Shown: in pieces, positions 42,220 through 53,900 of the stretch
Position numbering within the stretch: position 1 is the first letter of the stretch
Layout of the letters: each line of letters opens with the position of its first letter
NCBI GenBank assembly: GCA_963816395.1
Contig: CAWFKQ010000013.1
Location: forward strand, 32,001-96,000
Direction: 5' to 3'
DNA from: an uncultured delta proteobacterium
GTDB taxonomy: Bacteria; Desulfobacterota; Desulfuromonadia; Desulfuromonadales; JACZKF01
Length of the DNA stretch: 64,000 nucleotides
Position numbers and translations under genes: made by a program
The notes under the pieces: model-generated
The model's database searches: none
Told to the model about the DNA's origin: nothing
What the model saw: only the letters and a program-made list of their open reading frames with translations

Positions 42220-43354
42220 TCAGTATTTGGCCTCTTCCCCCTCGATCTCGCCGGCGTCCAGGCGGGTGGCGTCCATGCGCCGCCAGACGTAGGCGATATA
42301 GGCGAGAACGAAGGGGACCCCGAGGGCGATCCAGGTCATCACTGCCAGGGTATAGCGGCTGCTCGAGGCGTTGTAGATGGTCAGGCTGTCCTGCAGGTCG
42401 ACGCGGGAGGGATAGAAGGGGGTGTGGTGGAAGCCGACGGTGAAGAAGAGGGCCAGGCCGACCAGCGCCGTCCCCGGTCCGGCCAGCCAGATGCCGGCCC
42501 GGCTGCGGCGAAAACCGCCGAGGATGCTTCCGCCGAGCAGCAGCACCACGCCGGCTCCCAGAAAACCGACGCCGAGCACCGGCATCGCCAGCAGGTTATC
42601 CAGGTATTTCCCCTTGCGGGAGAAAACTTCGCCGCTCTGCGGATCGACGCCGTAGCCGTGCATCCAGGCGATGCCGGTCATGACGATGAAGAAAAAGCAC
42701 AGCGTCCACAGCAGGTTGCGGCGGACCGCCTGGCGCAGGCGGCCCGCCAGCTCGTCCGCGGCCAGGTTGTTCAGCAGATAGAGCGCACCCAGCACCCGGG
42801 CGAGAAAGACCATGAAAAAACCGAGGGCCAGGTTGAAGGGGTGAAAGAGGGCCTCCAGGCCGCGCAGCGGGTTTGCCCAGGAAACCCGGCTGAAGGCGTC
42901 GAGCCGGAAGAAGGCGCCGCTGAAGAAGGTGCCGAGAAAGGCGCCGATCAGCAGCAGGCCGAGGCTGCCGTTGAGAAAGAGGAAGATCTCGTAGGTGCGC
43001 GCGCCGAGGAGGTTGCCCGGCTTCTTGCGGAATTCGAAGCTCACCGCCTGCAGGATGAAGGTGAACAGGATGCTCATCCACAACCAGTAGGCGCCGCCGA
43101 AACTGGTGGCGTAGAACAGGGGGAAAGCGGCGAACAGGGCGCCGCCGAAGAGCACCAGGGTGGTGAAGGTGAGCTCCCACTTGCGGCCGATCGAATTGAC
43201 CACCAGGGATTTTTCCGTCTCGCCGCGGGCAGCGGTGAGCAGCAGGGTCTGCCCCCCCTGGACGAAGGAGAGGGCGAGGAAGACCGCTCCCACCAGGGCG
43301 ATGATCCCCCACCAGATCTGCTGCAGTTGGGCTATGCGACAGATCGAAGAACAC
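42220..43354 (-). CDS. cydB: Cytochrome bd oxidase subunit II, copy 2 (5' frameshift)
   Basis: GRKWELTFTTLVLFGGALFAAFP, SLTIYNASSSRYTL. Confidence 0.95.
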
Positions 43355-43356
43355 CC

Positions 43357-44884
43357 TTATTCCTCCTTCGGCCCGAGGCGGATCTGCCGCAGCATGATCC
43401 CCACCTCGGCCAGCAGCAGAATGGTGAACAGCACCAGGAACATGTAGAAGCTGGCCTGCACGGTGCCCAGGGTCAGCTGGGAGTTGGCCACCTGTACCGG
43501 CAGCAGCCCCTGGATGGCCCAGGGCTGGCGCCCCACCTCCGCCACCACCCAGCCCAGTTCGGAGGCGACGAAGCCGAGAAAGAGCGTCAGGATCCCGGTG
43601 CGCAGCAGCCAGCGCTGCCGCTCCAGCGTGCCTTGGACGGCGAAATAGAGAAAGAGCAGGATCACCAGGGTGAAAAAGCCGCCGAGCAGGACCATGGCCC
43701 GGAAGCTGTAGAAGATGAGGCTGACCGGCGGCACCGCCTCTTCCGGGCGCTGCAGGTAGCCGTAGCCGAGAGCCTCGGCATCGGGGCGGAACTGCGCCAG
43801 GGCGGCTTCCGCCTGCTCCCGGTTCCCCGCCCGGTGGGCTTCCTTGTACCGGGCCAGCGCGCTGACCGCCCGCCGGCCGCGGGCGATCAGTTCGTTCACC
43901 CCCGTGATTCCCTGCTGCCGGTTGCCGTAGAGCAGATCCTCGATCCCCGGGACGAAGCCGATGGCGTTGCGCTTGGCCAGCACCGAAAGGAGAATCGGGA
44001 TCTGCAGCTTGTAGAGAAAGGGCGGCCGCTCATCGCCGATCCGCTTCTCCGGGTCGACCACCCCCATGATCACCAGGTGCGCCGGCTTTTCGCCGCTGTA
44101 AAGCGCCTCCATCGCCGCCAGCTTCATCGGCTGGACCTCGGCATTGGTGTAGGCCGATTCGTCCCCCGAGACGGCGACGTAGGCGGCGGCAAAGAAGCCG
44201 AAAACGCCGGCGACGATGATGCTGCGTATCGCCAGTTCCTGGTGCCGGTGGCGCAGCAGGAACCAGGCGCTGACGGCGATGACGAAGAGGGCGGAAAAGA
44301 GGAAGCCGGAGGCGGTGGCGTGGCCGAAGCGGGTAATGGCGGTGGGGTTCCAGAGCAGGGCGCCGAAATGCTCCATCTCGAAGCGGGCCCGTTCCGGATT
44401 GAAACTGCATCCCCACCGGGTGCTGCATCCAGCCGTTGGCCACCAGGATCCACAGGGCGGAGAGATTGGAGCCGACCGCCACCATCCAGGTGGAGAAAAG
44501 GTGAAAGCGCTTCGAGACCCGTCCCCAGCCGAAGAACATGACGGCGAAGAAGGTGGCTTCGAGGAAGAAGGCGAAGATCCCCTCGGCGGCCAGCGGGGCG
44601 CCGAAAATATCTCCCACCATCCAGGAGTAATTGGCCCAGTTGGTGCCGAATTCGAATTCCAGGATCAGGCCCGTGGCGACGGCAATGGCGAAGTTGACGG
44701 CGAACAGTTTCATCCAGAAGCGGGTGAGGCGTTTCCAGCTCTCGCTGCCGGTCTTCACGTACCAGGTCTCAAAAAAGGCGAGCAGGAAAGAGAGCCCCAG
44801 GACGAGCGGGACGAAGACCCAGTGGTACATGGCGGTGAGGGCGAACTGGGCCCGCGCCCAGTTCACCTGGCTCAGATCGGGCAC
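43357..44884 (-). CDS. cydA: Cytochrome bd oxidase subunit I, copy 2 (frameshift near 44400)
   Basis: [43 protein letters not shown]. Confidence 0.95.
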
Positions 44885-44896
44885 CTTCTCCTCCCC

Positions 44897-45106
44897 TTAT
44901 TCCCCCCCCGGCAGGTGGGCCAGCCGGTCGAGGACGTGCGCCGCCCGCTCGGCATCGGTGGCGAAGTCGGTCTGCAGGCGATCAGGGAAGAAGAGCCAGC
45001 CGATCGCCAGCAGGACCAGGAGCTTGATCAGGACCAGCTTCCCCAGGCACCGGGCCAGGGGTGACGCGCGGAAGCCGTCCCGGAAGAATCGGAACAGGCG
45101 GATCAT
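44897..45106 (-). CDS. DUF4492-like small membrane protein, copy 2
   Basis: FRFFRDGFRA..LIKLLVLL..FFPDRL..TDAERAAHVL; paralog of 24983-25207. Confidence 0.85.
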   Translation of the reverse strand: MIRLFRFFRDGFRASPLARCLGKLVLIKLLVLLAIGWLFFPDRLQTDFATDAERAAHVLDRLAHLPGGE

Positions 45107-45113
45107 TCTGATG

Positions 45114-45141
45114 ATTCTAGCGGCGGCCGGCGGATTGGCAA
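45114..45141 (-). promoter_or_regulatory. Sigma70 promoter of cyd-2 operon, leaderless geometry
   Basis: TTGCCA-N16-TAGAAT-N7-ATG. Confidence 0.65.
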
Positions 45142-45154
45142 GGGGGTGTAAGGC

Positions 45155-45240
45155 AGCGAGGTAGTGAGGTATAGGTATGAGGTTGAGTAGTGGGAGTGAG
45201 GTAGGGTAGAGGTAGTGCCTACCTCTCCCAGCCTCCCCAC
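45155..45240. repeat. Degenerate 8-mer microrepeat (same unit as 17460)
   Basis: GCGAGGTA GTGAGGTA ... GTGAGGTA ... GAGGTAG ... CTACCTC. Confidence 0.65.
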
Positions 45241-45542
45241 TAAAATTCCGGCGGTGCGTAGAAGTTCAGGGTCTTCAGGGGGGAACTGCCCGGGTTGTCG
45301 ATCTGGTGCGCTTCCCCGGCCTCGATCAGCAGCAGTGAACCCGCCTCCACCTCGAGCTGCCGGCCGGCCACGGTGGCCCGGCCGGCGCCGGTGAGGACAT
45401 ACAGCCACTGGTCGCCATCATGAGTGTTTTCCGGACCGCCGGTCGAGCTGCCGGGGGCGAGGACCATGGTGGCGGCTTCCGAACGCGCGGTCCCGGCAAT
45501 CACCTGGAAACCTTTTTCCGGCCTGATCTGCAAGTGCTTCAT
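45240..45542 (-). CDS. Cupin domain protein
   Basis: STGGPENTHDGDQWLYV, IEAGEAHQIDN, LNFYAPP. Confidence 0.85.
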   Translation of the reverse strand: MKHLQIRPEKGFQVIAGTARSEAATMVLAPGSSTGGPENTHDGDQWLYVLTGAGRATVAGRQLEVEAGSLLLIEAGEAHQIDNPGSSPLKTLNFYAPPEF

Positions 45543-45621
45543 GATGTCCCCCTGCCGATGCGGAGAAAAAGCGCTGTGTACTCAGAGAGTAGCACGCCGG
45601 AGGAGAATTGAAAGCCGCGGC

Positions 45622-46137
45622 TCAGGGCCGGATCTCGACAATTGTGCCGTCCGGCACCAGCCGCCAGATTTCCTCGATTTCCCGGTTGGTGACGGCGATG
45701 CAGCCGCGGGTCCAATTGGATATGCGGTGCGCCTCGCCGATCATTGCCAGGTCGTCGGGAAGACCGTGAATCATGATGTCGCCGCCGGCAGGGACGCCCA
45801 GCCGGCGGGCCCGGGCGAGGTCCGCGGCAGAGGGGTAGGAGATATGCAGGGCGCGGTGGAAGCGGCTCTGCGGATTGCGGTAATCAATGACGTAGGTCCC
45901 CTCCGGGGTCCGCAGGTCCCCCTGCTCTTTTTTCGGCCCCCGGGGACGGCGACCGAGAGCGATCGGGTAGCGGCGGATCACCCTTCCCTCGGCCAGCAGG
46001 AGCAGACGGCGGGCGCTCTTTTCCACCACTATCCGGTCCGCCTGGAGGACAGGGGCTGGAGTGGCCGCGGCGGGGACGGCAAGGGTCAGCAAGAGAAAGA
46101 GAAGAGAGAAGAATCGCCAGGGGAATTTCATATTCAT
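45622..46137 (-). CDS. L,D-transpeptidase (YkuD) family protein
   Basis: GDLRTPEG, ISYPS, IMIHG, WTRGCIAV. Confidence 0.9.
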   Translation of the reverse strand: MNMKFPWRFFSLLFLLLTLAVPAAATPAPVLQADRIVVEKSARRLLLLAEGRVIRRYPIALGRRPRGPKKEQGDLRTPEGTYVIDYRNPQSRFHRALHISYPSAADLARARRLGVPAGGDIMIHGLPDDLAMIGEAHRISNWTRGCIAVTNREIEEIWRLVPDGTIVEIRP

Positions 46138-46182
46138 GAGTATATCTTAAATAGAAATAAAATTGAGATATCAAGGGCATCG

Positions 46183-46453
46183 TAACGCGGAGCCGCAGAC
46201 GCAGAGAACCAATCTTTATCGGTTTGTTTCCCCCGGGAATCTCAGCGCCTCTGTTCGAAAAGTTCGACTTAAGTCAGTGGAAAAACCGGACAACGCAAAG
46301 ACGCAAAGCTGAGAACCAAGGCGCAGAGAAAATCCGTAAAATTGTTTGCTTTACACCCTTTGCGGCTTTCATTTCCCTTTGCGCCTTAGCGTTGAAATCC
46401 TTGCTTTTCATCGCCTTCGGGTGTGCCGCAGGCACATGTTGGACTGCATTAAA
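46183..46453. repeat. Dispersed palindromic element, copy 4 (with outer arm)
   Basis: Outer AACGCGGAGCCGCAGACGCAGAG arm, then core aligning to copy 1. Confidence 0.95.
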
Positions 46454-46480
46454 TTTTATCTCTTTGCTTAAGGGCAGGGG

Positions 46481-47647
46481 CTACCCGGAGCGCAGGGCCT
46501 GGACGATGCCCATCCGAGCCGCGCGAATCGCCGGCAGCAGGCCGCCGGCGAATCCCATGCAGAGGGCGAAAGCGAGGGACTGGAAGAGGATGGAGGCGGT
46601 CAGGTCGAAGCCGAAGGCCAGTTCGGCAAAGGTCTGCCAGTTCATGGTCGAGATGGTGAGCAGCTGCAGGCCGGCGGCCAGGCCCAGACCGACCACCCCG
46701 CCCAGCAGCCCGAGCAGGAGCGCTTCGCCGACGAAAGCGGCCAGGATGCTCCAGCGGGAGAAGCCGAGGGCGCGCAGCGTACCGATCTCGGTTATCCGGC
46801 TGGCGACGGCGGCATACATGGTGATCATGGCGCCGAGGACCGCCCCGATGGAGAAGACGGCCGTCAGGGTGAGGCCGAGAATGCGCAGAAAGCTGGCCAT
46901 CGCCTGTGACTGGTCGGCATAGAATTGCGTCTCCCGCTTCGCCTCCAGGGGCAGCCGGGGGTCGCCGGCGAGCCGCTCCCGGAACGGTGCGAAATCGGCG
47001 TGGCGGCGCAGGCGAAAGAGCAGGGAGGAGAAGACGGTGCGGCGGAAGGCCTGCATCAGCTGCTCGCGGTCCCCCCAGATTTCCGAGCTGAAGCCGGTGC
47101 GGCCGGCCTCGAGCACGCCGACCACGGTCCAGTCGCGCTGGGCGAAATGCAGGCTGCTGCCGAGGTTGGCGCCGGCGAAGCGCTCGGCGATGCTGCGGCC
47201 GACGGCGATCTCCGTCGAGCCGGGGCGGGGCATGCGGCCGGTCGCCACCCGCACCTGCGGGCGCAGCGCCAGGGAGCGGGGGTCGATGCCGCGGATGACG
47301 ACATTGGCCGGTTTGCCGCTTTCCCGTCGCGGCAGGGTGATCAGCACCACCAGTTCCTTCGCCAGCAGCGGCTCGCCGTCGGCGGCGTCTGCCACCTCCG
47401 GCCGGTTCTCCACCACTGCCGCCTGCGCCCGCTCGATGCCGCTCTGCACCTCGGTTTCCGACCCCTCGCGGATCACCACCACGTTCTCCGGCGAGCCGGT
47501 AGCCACCAGCGTCTGTCGCAGCCCGGCGACCAGCATCAGGGTGGCGGCGAAGACAAACACCACCAGCGCCATGCCGGCGGCGGTCAGGGCGGTGGTGAGG
47601 CGGCGGCTGCGCAGGTTGCGCAGGGTGTAGAAGAAAGGGATGGGCAT
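46481..47647 (-). CDS. ABC transporter permease (MacB/FtsX-like)
   Basis: RNLRSRRLTTALT, EIGTLRALGF, GGLLPAIRAAR. Confidence 0.9.
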   Translation of the reverse strand: MPIPFFYTLRNLRSRRLTTALTAAGMALVVFVFAATLMLVAGLRQTLVATGSPENVVVIREGSETEVQSGIERAQAAVVENRPEVADAADGEPLLAKELVVLITLPRRESGKPANVVIRGIDPRSLALRPQVRVATGRMPRPGSTEIAVGRSIAERFAGANLGSSLHFAQRDWTVVGVLEAGRTGFSSEIWGDREQLMQAFRRTVFSSLLFRLRRHADFAPFRERLAGDPRLPLEAKRETQFYADQSQAMASFLRILGLTLTAVFSIGAVLGAMITMYAAVASRITEIGTLRALGFSRWSILAAFVGEALLLGLLGGVVGLGLAAGLQLLTISTMNWQTFAELAFGFDLTASILFQSLAFALCMGFAGGLLPAIRAARMGIVQALRSG

Positions 47648-47648
47648 T

Positions 47649-48792
47649 TTAGCCTATCCTCCGCAATCCCTCGGCGATGCGCACAGTGCACCCGCGCCAG
47701 GCGGGGAAGATGGCCGCCACGGTGCCGACCGCGGCGGCGGCGGCGAACTGCAGGGCGACCGTGTCCGGCGCCACCCGGAAGGCGGGGAAGAAGAGCTTGA
47801 GCGCTTCACCGATGACCCGGGCGACGGGGAAGGTCAAGGCGACTCCCAGGACGCCGCCGGCCAGGGCGATGAGCAGCGCCTCCCCGAAGACCAGGCCGGC
47901 GATATGGCCGGGGCCGAAGCCGAGGGTTTTCAGGGTGGCGTACTCGGCGAGCCGCTCGCGAGCGGTCATTGCCATGGTGTTGGCCGCCACCACCATGATG
48001 ATCAGGATGACCACGTAGGAGACGATGCGGATGGCGACGACGATCGCCTCGGTCATGGCGACGAACCCCAGCTGGAAGGCTTTTTCCGTCTCGGTGCGGG
48101 TCTCCGCCAGGGAATTGGCGAACAGCGCATCGACCGCCGCCGCCACCGCGGCGGCGTGCTCCGGGCGATCCACGCCGAGCATGAAGTAGCCGACCTGGTC
48201 GGCGCGGCGCGGCGCGCTCTTCTTCAGCGACTCGTTCAGGTAATCCCAGTGAAAGAAGAACTGGTTGCGATCGGTGCTCGGTTTCGCCCCCCGGTAGATG
48301 CCGCGCAGGACGAAGTCCCAGTTGCCGGGGAAGATCGTCCCCTGCAGAGTGATCTGGTCGCCGATGTGCCAGCCGAACTTCTCCGCCAGGTTGGGGCCCG
48401 CCACCGCCCCGCGCCGATCGCGCAGGAAGGCGGCGCGCTCCTCCGGCGACAGGATGAACTCGGGATAGAGCTGCAGATAGCTGCGCGGCTCGACGGCGAA
48501 ATTGGCGAAGAAATTCTTGCGGTCCTGATAGATGCCGCCGAACCAGTTGCCCCAGGCGACGGTCTCCACCCCCGGCACCTGGCGGATGCGCTCGGCGTAG
48601 GAGAGGGGGAGTGGGAAGATCAGGGAGATGGCATTGCGGGTGACCAGCCGGGTGGCGGAGGAGCCTTCCACCCCCAGGTACCAGACGCCGACCAGGGTGC
48701 GCAGCAGGCCGAAGGCGAGAATGGCGACCGCCAGCCCCGCCACCGTCAGGCCGGTGCGCAGCTTGTGCCGGCCGGCATTGCGCAGGACCAGC

Positions 48793-48803
<11 letters not shown>
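47649..48803 (-). CDS. ABC transporter permease (MacB/FtsX-like)
   Basis: [24 protein letters not shown]. Confidence 0.9.
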
Positions 48804-49479
<676 letters not shown>

Positions 49480-49486
49480 GGTTTCT

Positions 49487-49535
49487 CCGACTGATCGGTC
49501 GGATCCGACGGAGCGGTCCAGACGCAAGCCGATCG
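49487..49535. repeat. 9-mer-type palindromic microrepeat between adaptor and ATPase genes
   Basis: CCGACTGA TCGGTCGGA TCCGACGGA GCGGTCCAGA. Confidence 0.55.
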
Positions 49536-49536
49536 T

Positions 49537-50751
49537 CTACTCCTGGCGCACCGCCACCCGGTCGCCGTCGGCCAGGGTGGCCGGCGGCGCCAGCACCACC
49601 CGTTCCCCGGCCTGCACCCCCCGCACGATCTCCAGCATATCGCCCAGCGCCTGGCCGGTTTCCACCGGCACGGCAACCGCCCGCTCGCCGGTGACCCGGA
49701 AGACGATCCGCCGCCCCTTCCTGTCCACTACCGCCGAGCGCGGCACGGCGGTGCGCGGCTGCCTCTCCGCCGGGCTGAGCGGCCGCTGCAGGAAGGCGAC
49801 GCGGGCGCTCATCTCCGGCAGCACCCGGGGGTCCTTTTCCAGAAAGCGCACCTTGACCATGACCGTCGCCTTGCTGCGATCGGCGGTCGGCACGATCATG
49901 TGGACTTTGCCGGGAAACCGGTCATCGGGGAGAGCGTCGAGCTGGATTTCGCAGGGCTGGCCGACCTGCACCAGGGTCAGGTTCGATTCGGAGACATCGG
50001 CTTCGACCTGCAGCGAGTCGAGATCGGCGATGGTCACTACCGCCGCCTTGGCTTCGGCGGCCGCCCCGATGGGAGTGACGATGTCGCCGATATCGGCGTT
50101 CTTGGTCAGCACGACGGCATCGAAGGGGGCGCGCAGCCGGGTGTAGTCGACCGCCACCTCCGCCCGCTGCAGGGCCGCCTGCGCCGCCGTCACCCCGGTC
50201 TGCGCCGCCGTCAGCGAGGCCTCGGCGCGCCCGTAGCGGGCTTCGGCCTGATCGAATTCGGACTGCGACACGTAACCGGCGGCGAGCAGGTCGGCCAGCC
50301 GCCGGTAGGCCAGGGTGGCATCCTTCAACTCGGCCCGGGCCTGCGCCACCTGCGCCTGCGCCGTCTTCACCTCGGCGGCCGCCTGGCTGCGTGCGGCCGC
50401 CACTTCCCGGCTCTCCAGGCGGGCAACCACCTCCCCCCGCTGCACCTGGCTGCCTTCCTCCACGCCGAGCCAGACCAGGCGCCCGGTGACCTCCGAGGCG
50501 ACCGCCGCCTTGCGCTGGGCCACCACGTAACCGCTGGCATTAAGCACGGTCAAGGGCTGCGAGGGATAGATGCGGGCGACGGTGGCGGTTTCCACCTTGA
50601 CCGCCGGCGCCAGCACGCCGCTCCACCACAGCAGCGCCGCCGCCATCGGCAGAAGCAGCAGAAGCAGCGGCAGCCACCACCGGCGGCGCCGGGAAGGCGG
50701 GGGCGCGCTCTTCCGGTCGATCTTCAGCCCGCCGAGATCTTCAGCCGTCAT
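49537..50751 (-). CDS. Efflux RND/MacA-type periplasmic adaptor subunit
   Basis: N-terminal TM, ASGYVVAQRKA, coiled hairpin, LRAPFDAVV, VEADVSE, LPEMSARV. Confidence 0.92.
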   Translation of the reverse strand: MTAEDLGGLKIDRKSAPPPSRRRRWWLPLLLLLLPMAAALLWWSGVLAPAVKVETATVARIYPSQPLTVLNASGYVVAQRKAAVASEVTGRLVWLGVEEGSQVQRGEVVARLESREVAAARSQAAAEVKTAQAQVAQARAELKDATLAYRRLADLLAAGYVSQSEFDQAEARYGRAEASLTAAQTGVTAAQAALQRAEVAVDYTRLRAPFDAVVLTKNADIGDIVTPIGAAAEAKAAVVTIADLDSLQVEADVSESNLTLVQVGQPCEIQLDALPDDRFPGKVHMIVPTADRSKATVMVKVRFLEKDPRVLPEMSARVAFLQRPLSPAERQPRTAVPRSAVVDRKGRRIVFRVTGERAVAVPVETGQALGDMLEIVRGVQAGERVVLAPPATLADGDRVAVRQE

Positions 50752-50976
50752 GGGCTCTCCATGCTCACCCGGGTTTCCCCGGTTCGGTATTCATGAATCG
50801 TTTCGGGGATCTTGGATAGTGTAACCCATTTCGGCCCGGAAATCAGTCCCGGAAAACTGGAACGGGGCGGCCTCTTTCTTCTTCCCCCTCTCTTGTCAAA
50901 GCCGCCACGAATGGTCTATTCTTAACGGTCGAACCTTGACCAAAAAACTCCTCTATCGTGATCTATCGTGGATGAC

Positions 50977-53900
50977 ATGGCTGAAGAAAAAGAGTGCATC
51001 CGGGTCCGCGGTGCCCGGCAGAACAACCTGAAGGGACTCGACCTCGATCTGCCGCTGCACGAGCTGATCGTCGTCACCGGCGTTTCCGGCTCGGGCAAGT
51101 CGTCCCTCGCCTTCGACACCGTCTACGCCGAGGGGCAGCGGCGCTACGTGGAGACCTTCTCCCCCTATGCCCGGCAGTTCCTCGACCGCATGGACAAGCC
51201 GCAGGTCGACCGCATCGAGGGGATCCCGCCGGCGATCGCCATCGACCAGACCAACCCGGTGCGCACCTCCCGCTCCACCGTCGGCACCATGACCGAGCTC
51301 AACGACCACCTCAAGCTCCTCTTCGCCCGGGCGGCGCGCCTGTACTGCCGCGGCTGCGGCCGGGAGGTGCGGCGGGACACCCCCGAGAGCATCGCCGACG
51401 CCCTGCTGGCCGGCGCCGCCGGCGAGGCGCCGCGGGCGCTGATCACCTTCCCGGTGCCGGTGCCGGCCAACTTCACCGCCGAGGAGGTGCAGGGCTTCCT
51501 CGCCGGCCAGGGGTATACCCGGCTGCACCGCCGGCAGGGGGAGGTGCTGGAGGTGATCCAGGACCGCCTGCGCCTGGCGCCGGAGCGCCGCGACCGCCTG
51601 GTGGAGGATCTGGAGGCGGCGCTGCAGCACGGCCGCGGCCGGGTCGCCGTCCATTTTCCCGAGGCGGCCGGGGCATCGCGCCTCTTTTCCGCCGACCTGC
51701 ACTGCCCCGACTGCGACCTGCACTACCAGGAGCCGACCCCCGGCCTCTTCTCCTTCAACTCGCCGGTGGGGGCCTGCCCGGCCTGCCGCGGCTTCGGCCG
51801 GGTGATCGGCGTCGACTACGGCCTGGTCGTCCCGGACGAGGGGAAGACCCTGGCCGAGGGGGCGATCAAGCCGTGGCAGACGGAGAGCTACCGGGAATGC
51901 CAGGACGACCTGGTGAAGTTCGCCAGAGAGCGCGGCATTCCCCTCGACGTCCCCTGGCGCGAACTGACCGGGGAGCAGCGCCGGTGGGTCATCGAGGGGG
52001 AAGGCAGCTGGGAGGACGGCCTGTGGTACGGCAGCCGGCGCTTCTTCGACTGGCTGGAGACGAAGGCCTACAAGATGCACATCCGGGTGCTGCTCTCCCG
52101 CTATCGGGCCTACAACCCCTGCCCGGAGTGCGCCGGGGCGCGGCTGCGGCCGGAGGCCCTGCTCTGGCGGCTGGTGGGGACAGGCTCCGCGCCAGCGGTG
52201 CCTGTCCCCCTTGGGGACGACACGGGGACAGGCACCTTTTCTGCGAAAAGGAGCCAGTCCCCGGGCCTGAATCTGCACGATCTCATGCTGCTGCCGATCG
52301 AGCGCTGCCGCGCCTTCTTCGAGGACGCTGGCTCTGCCGGCGCCCCTCGACCAGGCGGCCGAGCTGCTGCTGGCCGAGATCCGCAGCCGCCTGCGCTACC
52401 TGGTGGAGGTCGGGCTCCCCTATCTCACTCTCGACCGGCAGTCGCGCACCCTCTCCGGCGGCGAGGTGCAGCGCATCAACCTGACCACCGCCCTCGGCAC
52501 CTCCCTGGTCAATACCCTGTTCGTCCTCGACGAGCCCTCCATCGGCCTGCATCCGCGCGACATGGGTCGGGTGATCGGGGTGCTGCAGCGGCTGCGCGCC
52601 GCCGGCAACTCCCTGCTGGTGGTGGAGCACGATCCGCAGGTGATGCTGGCCGCCGACCGCATCCTCGACCTGGGACCGGGACCGGGTGCCCGCGGCGGCG
52701 AGGTGGTCTTCTTCGGCCGGCCGGCGGAGCTGCTGCAGGCCGAAAATTCCCGCACCGCCGATTACCTGACGGGCCGGCGCACGGTACGGGTCTCCGGCCC
52801 GGCCGGGGAGAGAACGACGCCAGGGCGGCTGCGAAGCCCGCCCCTGCGGCTTTTCTGGAGGTCCTCGGCGCCGCCGAAAACAACCTGAAAAACATCGACG
52901 TGCGCATTCCCCTGAACCGCCTGGTGTGCATCACCGGTGTCTCCGGCTCGGGGAAATCGACCCTGGTGCAGGACGTCCTCTATCCCGCCCTGCGCAAGCT
53001 GCAGGGGGCGCCGACCGAGGCGCCGGGGGCGCACCGGGGAGTGCGCGGCCATGCGCGGATCGCCGAGACGGTGCTGGTCGATCAGTCGCCGATCGGCCGC
53101 ACCGCCCGCTCCAACCCGGCCAGCTACGTCGGCGCCTTCGACCCGATCCGCCGCCTCTTCGCCGCCGAGCCGCTGGCCCGCGAGCGCGGCTACACCGCCG
53201 GCACCTTCAGCTTCAACGCCGGCCACGGGCGCTGCCCGACCTGCACCGGCAGCGGCTTCGAGCACGTGGAGATGCAGTTCCTCTCCGACGTCTACCTGCG
53301 CTGTCCGGACTGCGACGGCCGCCGCTACCGGCCGGAGGTGCTGGAGGTGAAGGTCATCGGCACCGGCGGCGGCCCGCCCCGCTCGGTCGCCGACGTTCTG
53401 GCGCTGACGGTGGCCGAGGCGGTCGCCTTCTTCGCCGACCAGCCGGAGGTGCTGCGCGCCCTGGAGCCGCTGCAGGCGGTGGGGCTCGGCTATCTCACCC
53501 TGGGCCAGCCGGTGCCCACCCTCTCCGGCGGCGAGGCGCAGCGCCTCAAACTGGCCGGCCACCTGGCCGCCGCCGGCGGCGGCCGAAAAGGCAACGGTAA
53601 GGCAGGGGCACGGCGCGCCGTGCCCAAGCCGATCCTCTTCCTCTTCGACGAGCCGACCACCGGGCTGCACTTCGACGATATCGCCGTCCTGCTGCAGGCC
53701 TTCCGCCGGCTGCTGGAGGAGGGGCACTCGCTGGTGGTGATCGAGCACAACCTGGACGTCATCCGCGCCGCCGACTGGCTGATCGACCTCGGCCCGGAAG
53801 GGGGGGAGCAGGGGGGGAGGTGGTCTGCGCCGGCCCGCCGGAAGCGGTGGCGGCCTGCGCGGCGAGCCACACCGGCGCGGCGCTGCGGGAGTATGCGGAT

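Noticed and set aside
50760..50976. LexA/SOS box upstream of uvrA
   Set aside because: No match seen to the E. coli CTGT-N8-ACAG or Geobacter GGTT-N2-C-N4-G-N3-ACC patterns.
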